Part shown: piece by piece, positions 63,894 to 64,000 of the stretch | How positions within the stretch are numbered: the first letter of the stretch is position 1 | Layout: each line of letters begins with the position of its first letter | DNA from: Gammaproteobacteria bacterium | Lineage (GTDB): Bacteria > Pseudomonadota > Gammaproteobacteria > Chromatiales > Chromatiaceae | Length of the DNA: 64,000 bases | Direction of reading: 5' to 3' | Assembly: GCA_038144195.1 (NCBI GenBank) | Contig: JAYQNH010000001.1 | Span: 39,295-103,294, forward strand | Made by a program: the position numbers and the translations under genes | Notes under the pieces: generated by a model | What the model saw: only the letters and a program-made list of their open reading frames with translations | Database searches by the model: none | What the model was told of the DNA's origin: nothing

Positions 63894-64000
63894 CTACACT
63901 TTATGATTCGATAGCTTGAGGTAAACCGCAGGCACTACAAATAGTGTAAATAGGGTGCCGATGCCTAAGCCAGTGATAATCACCAAGCCAATACCATAAC
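63894..64000 (-). CDS. 3' end of an RND-type efflux transporter (partial, running off the window).
   Basis: The minus-strand translation is YGIGLVIITGLGIGTLFTLFVVPAVYLKLSNHKV*, which resembles the last TM helix of the AcrB family. Only about 35 codons are visible. Confidence 0.5.
   Translation of the reverse strand, partial: YGIGLVIITGLGIGTLFTLFVVPAVYLKLSNHKV

Noticed and set aside
1-64000. Stop-codon reassignment or programmed recoding as an explanation for the interrupted genes.
   Set aside because: TAA and TAG terminate dozens of intact genes here at the expected positions. The in-frame stops are not TGA, so selenocysteine is excluded. No slippery heptamer or pseudoknot recurs at the breaks. 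None of the affected genes (for example prfB or dnaX) is known to use programmed frameshifting.
1-64000. Mobile elements, prophage, CRISPR arrays and defence islands.
   Set aside because: By eye I found no transposase, integrase or recombinase ORFs, no terminal inverted repeats, no regularly spaced direct repeats, and no nuclease/helicase/ATPase clusters. The only MotA/ExbB-ExbD pair is small and sits in the usual lpxK-kdsB context, so a Zorya-like defence system is unlikely.

Overview
This window is chromosomal core DNA from a gammaproteobacterium. I found no transposase, integrase, phage gene, CRISPR array or rRNA.

The gene order lol permease-lolD-DUF2062-exbBD-lpxK-ycaR-kdsB-ptp-rne-rluC-HAD-sppA resembles, from memory, the Pseudomonas/Oceanospirillales arrangement. 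I call about 60 protein genes, 2 tRNAs (Ala-GGC, Glu-UUC), several intrinsic terminators, one tRNA promoter and two Pho boxes.

Functional blocks, in order:
- metZ, acnB and an EptA-like transferase.
- An operon of small membrane protein, DUF2889 and a double-U32 protein.
- gltX-glnS followed by the two tRNAs.
- mfd and a CsiV-like gene.
- A periplasmic rhodanese plus an unannotated 53-aa secreted peptide.
- A TrpD-like/Rieske fusion.
- aguA-aguB.
- The lol/exb/lpxK/kdsB block.
- rne, rluC and sppA.
- A contiguous pstSCAB-phoBR-phoU operon.
- A five-gene minus-strand operon: PPTase, uppP, adenylate-forming ligase, PLP decarboxylase and a CofD-like protein.
- recJ, yjgA and an orphan GalT-like gene.
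- sdhCDAB-sdhE with a tartrate/D-malate dehydrogenase-like gene.
- dgkA and gap.
- pit, ppx and ppk.
- A 3' fragment of an RND pump at the window edge.

Major caveat: about 40 reading-frame breaks fall in about 27 otherwise well-conserved genes, many of them essential (rne, lpxK, the lol permease, pstA, sdhB). Most are 1-nt indels, often in homopolymers, and four are in-frame TAA/TAG codons. I read this mainly as a consensus-quality problem rather than biology, so interrupted genes are listed as single CDS features with the break positions noted.

No clearly novel system stands out. The best candidate is the ligase/decarboxylase/CofD-like cassette that is operonic with uppP and a PPTase. The rhodanese plus secreted Cys-peptide pair and the TrpD-like/Rieske fusion come next.
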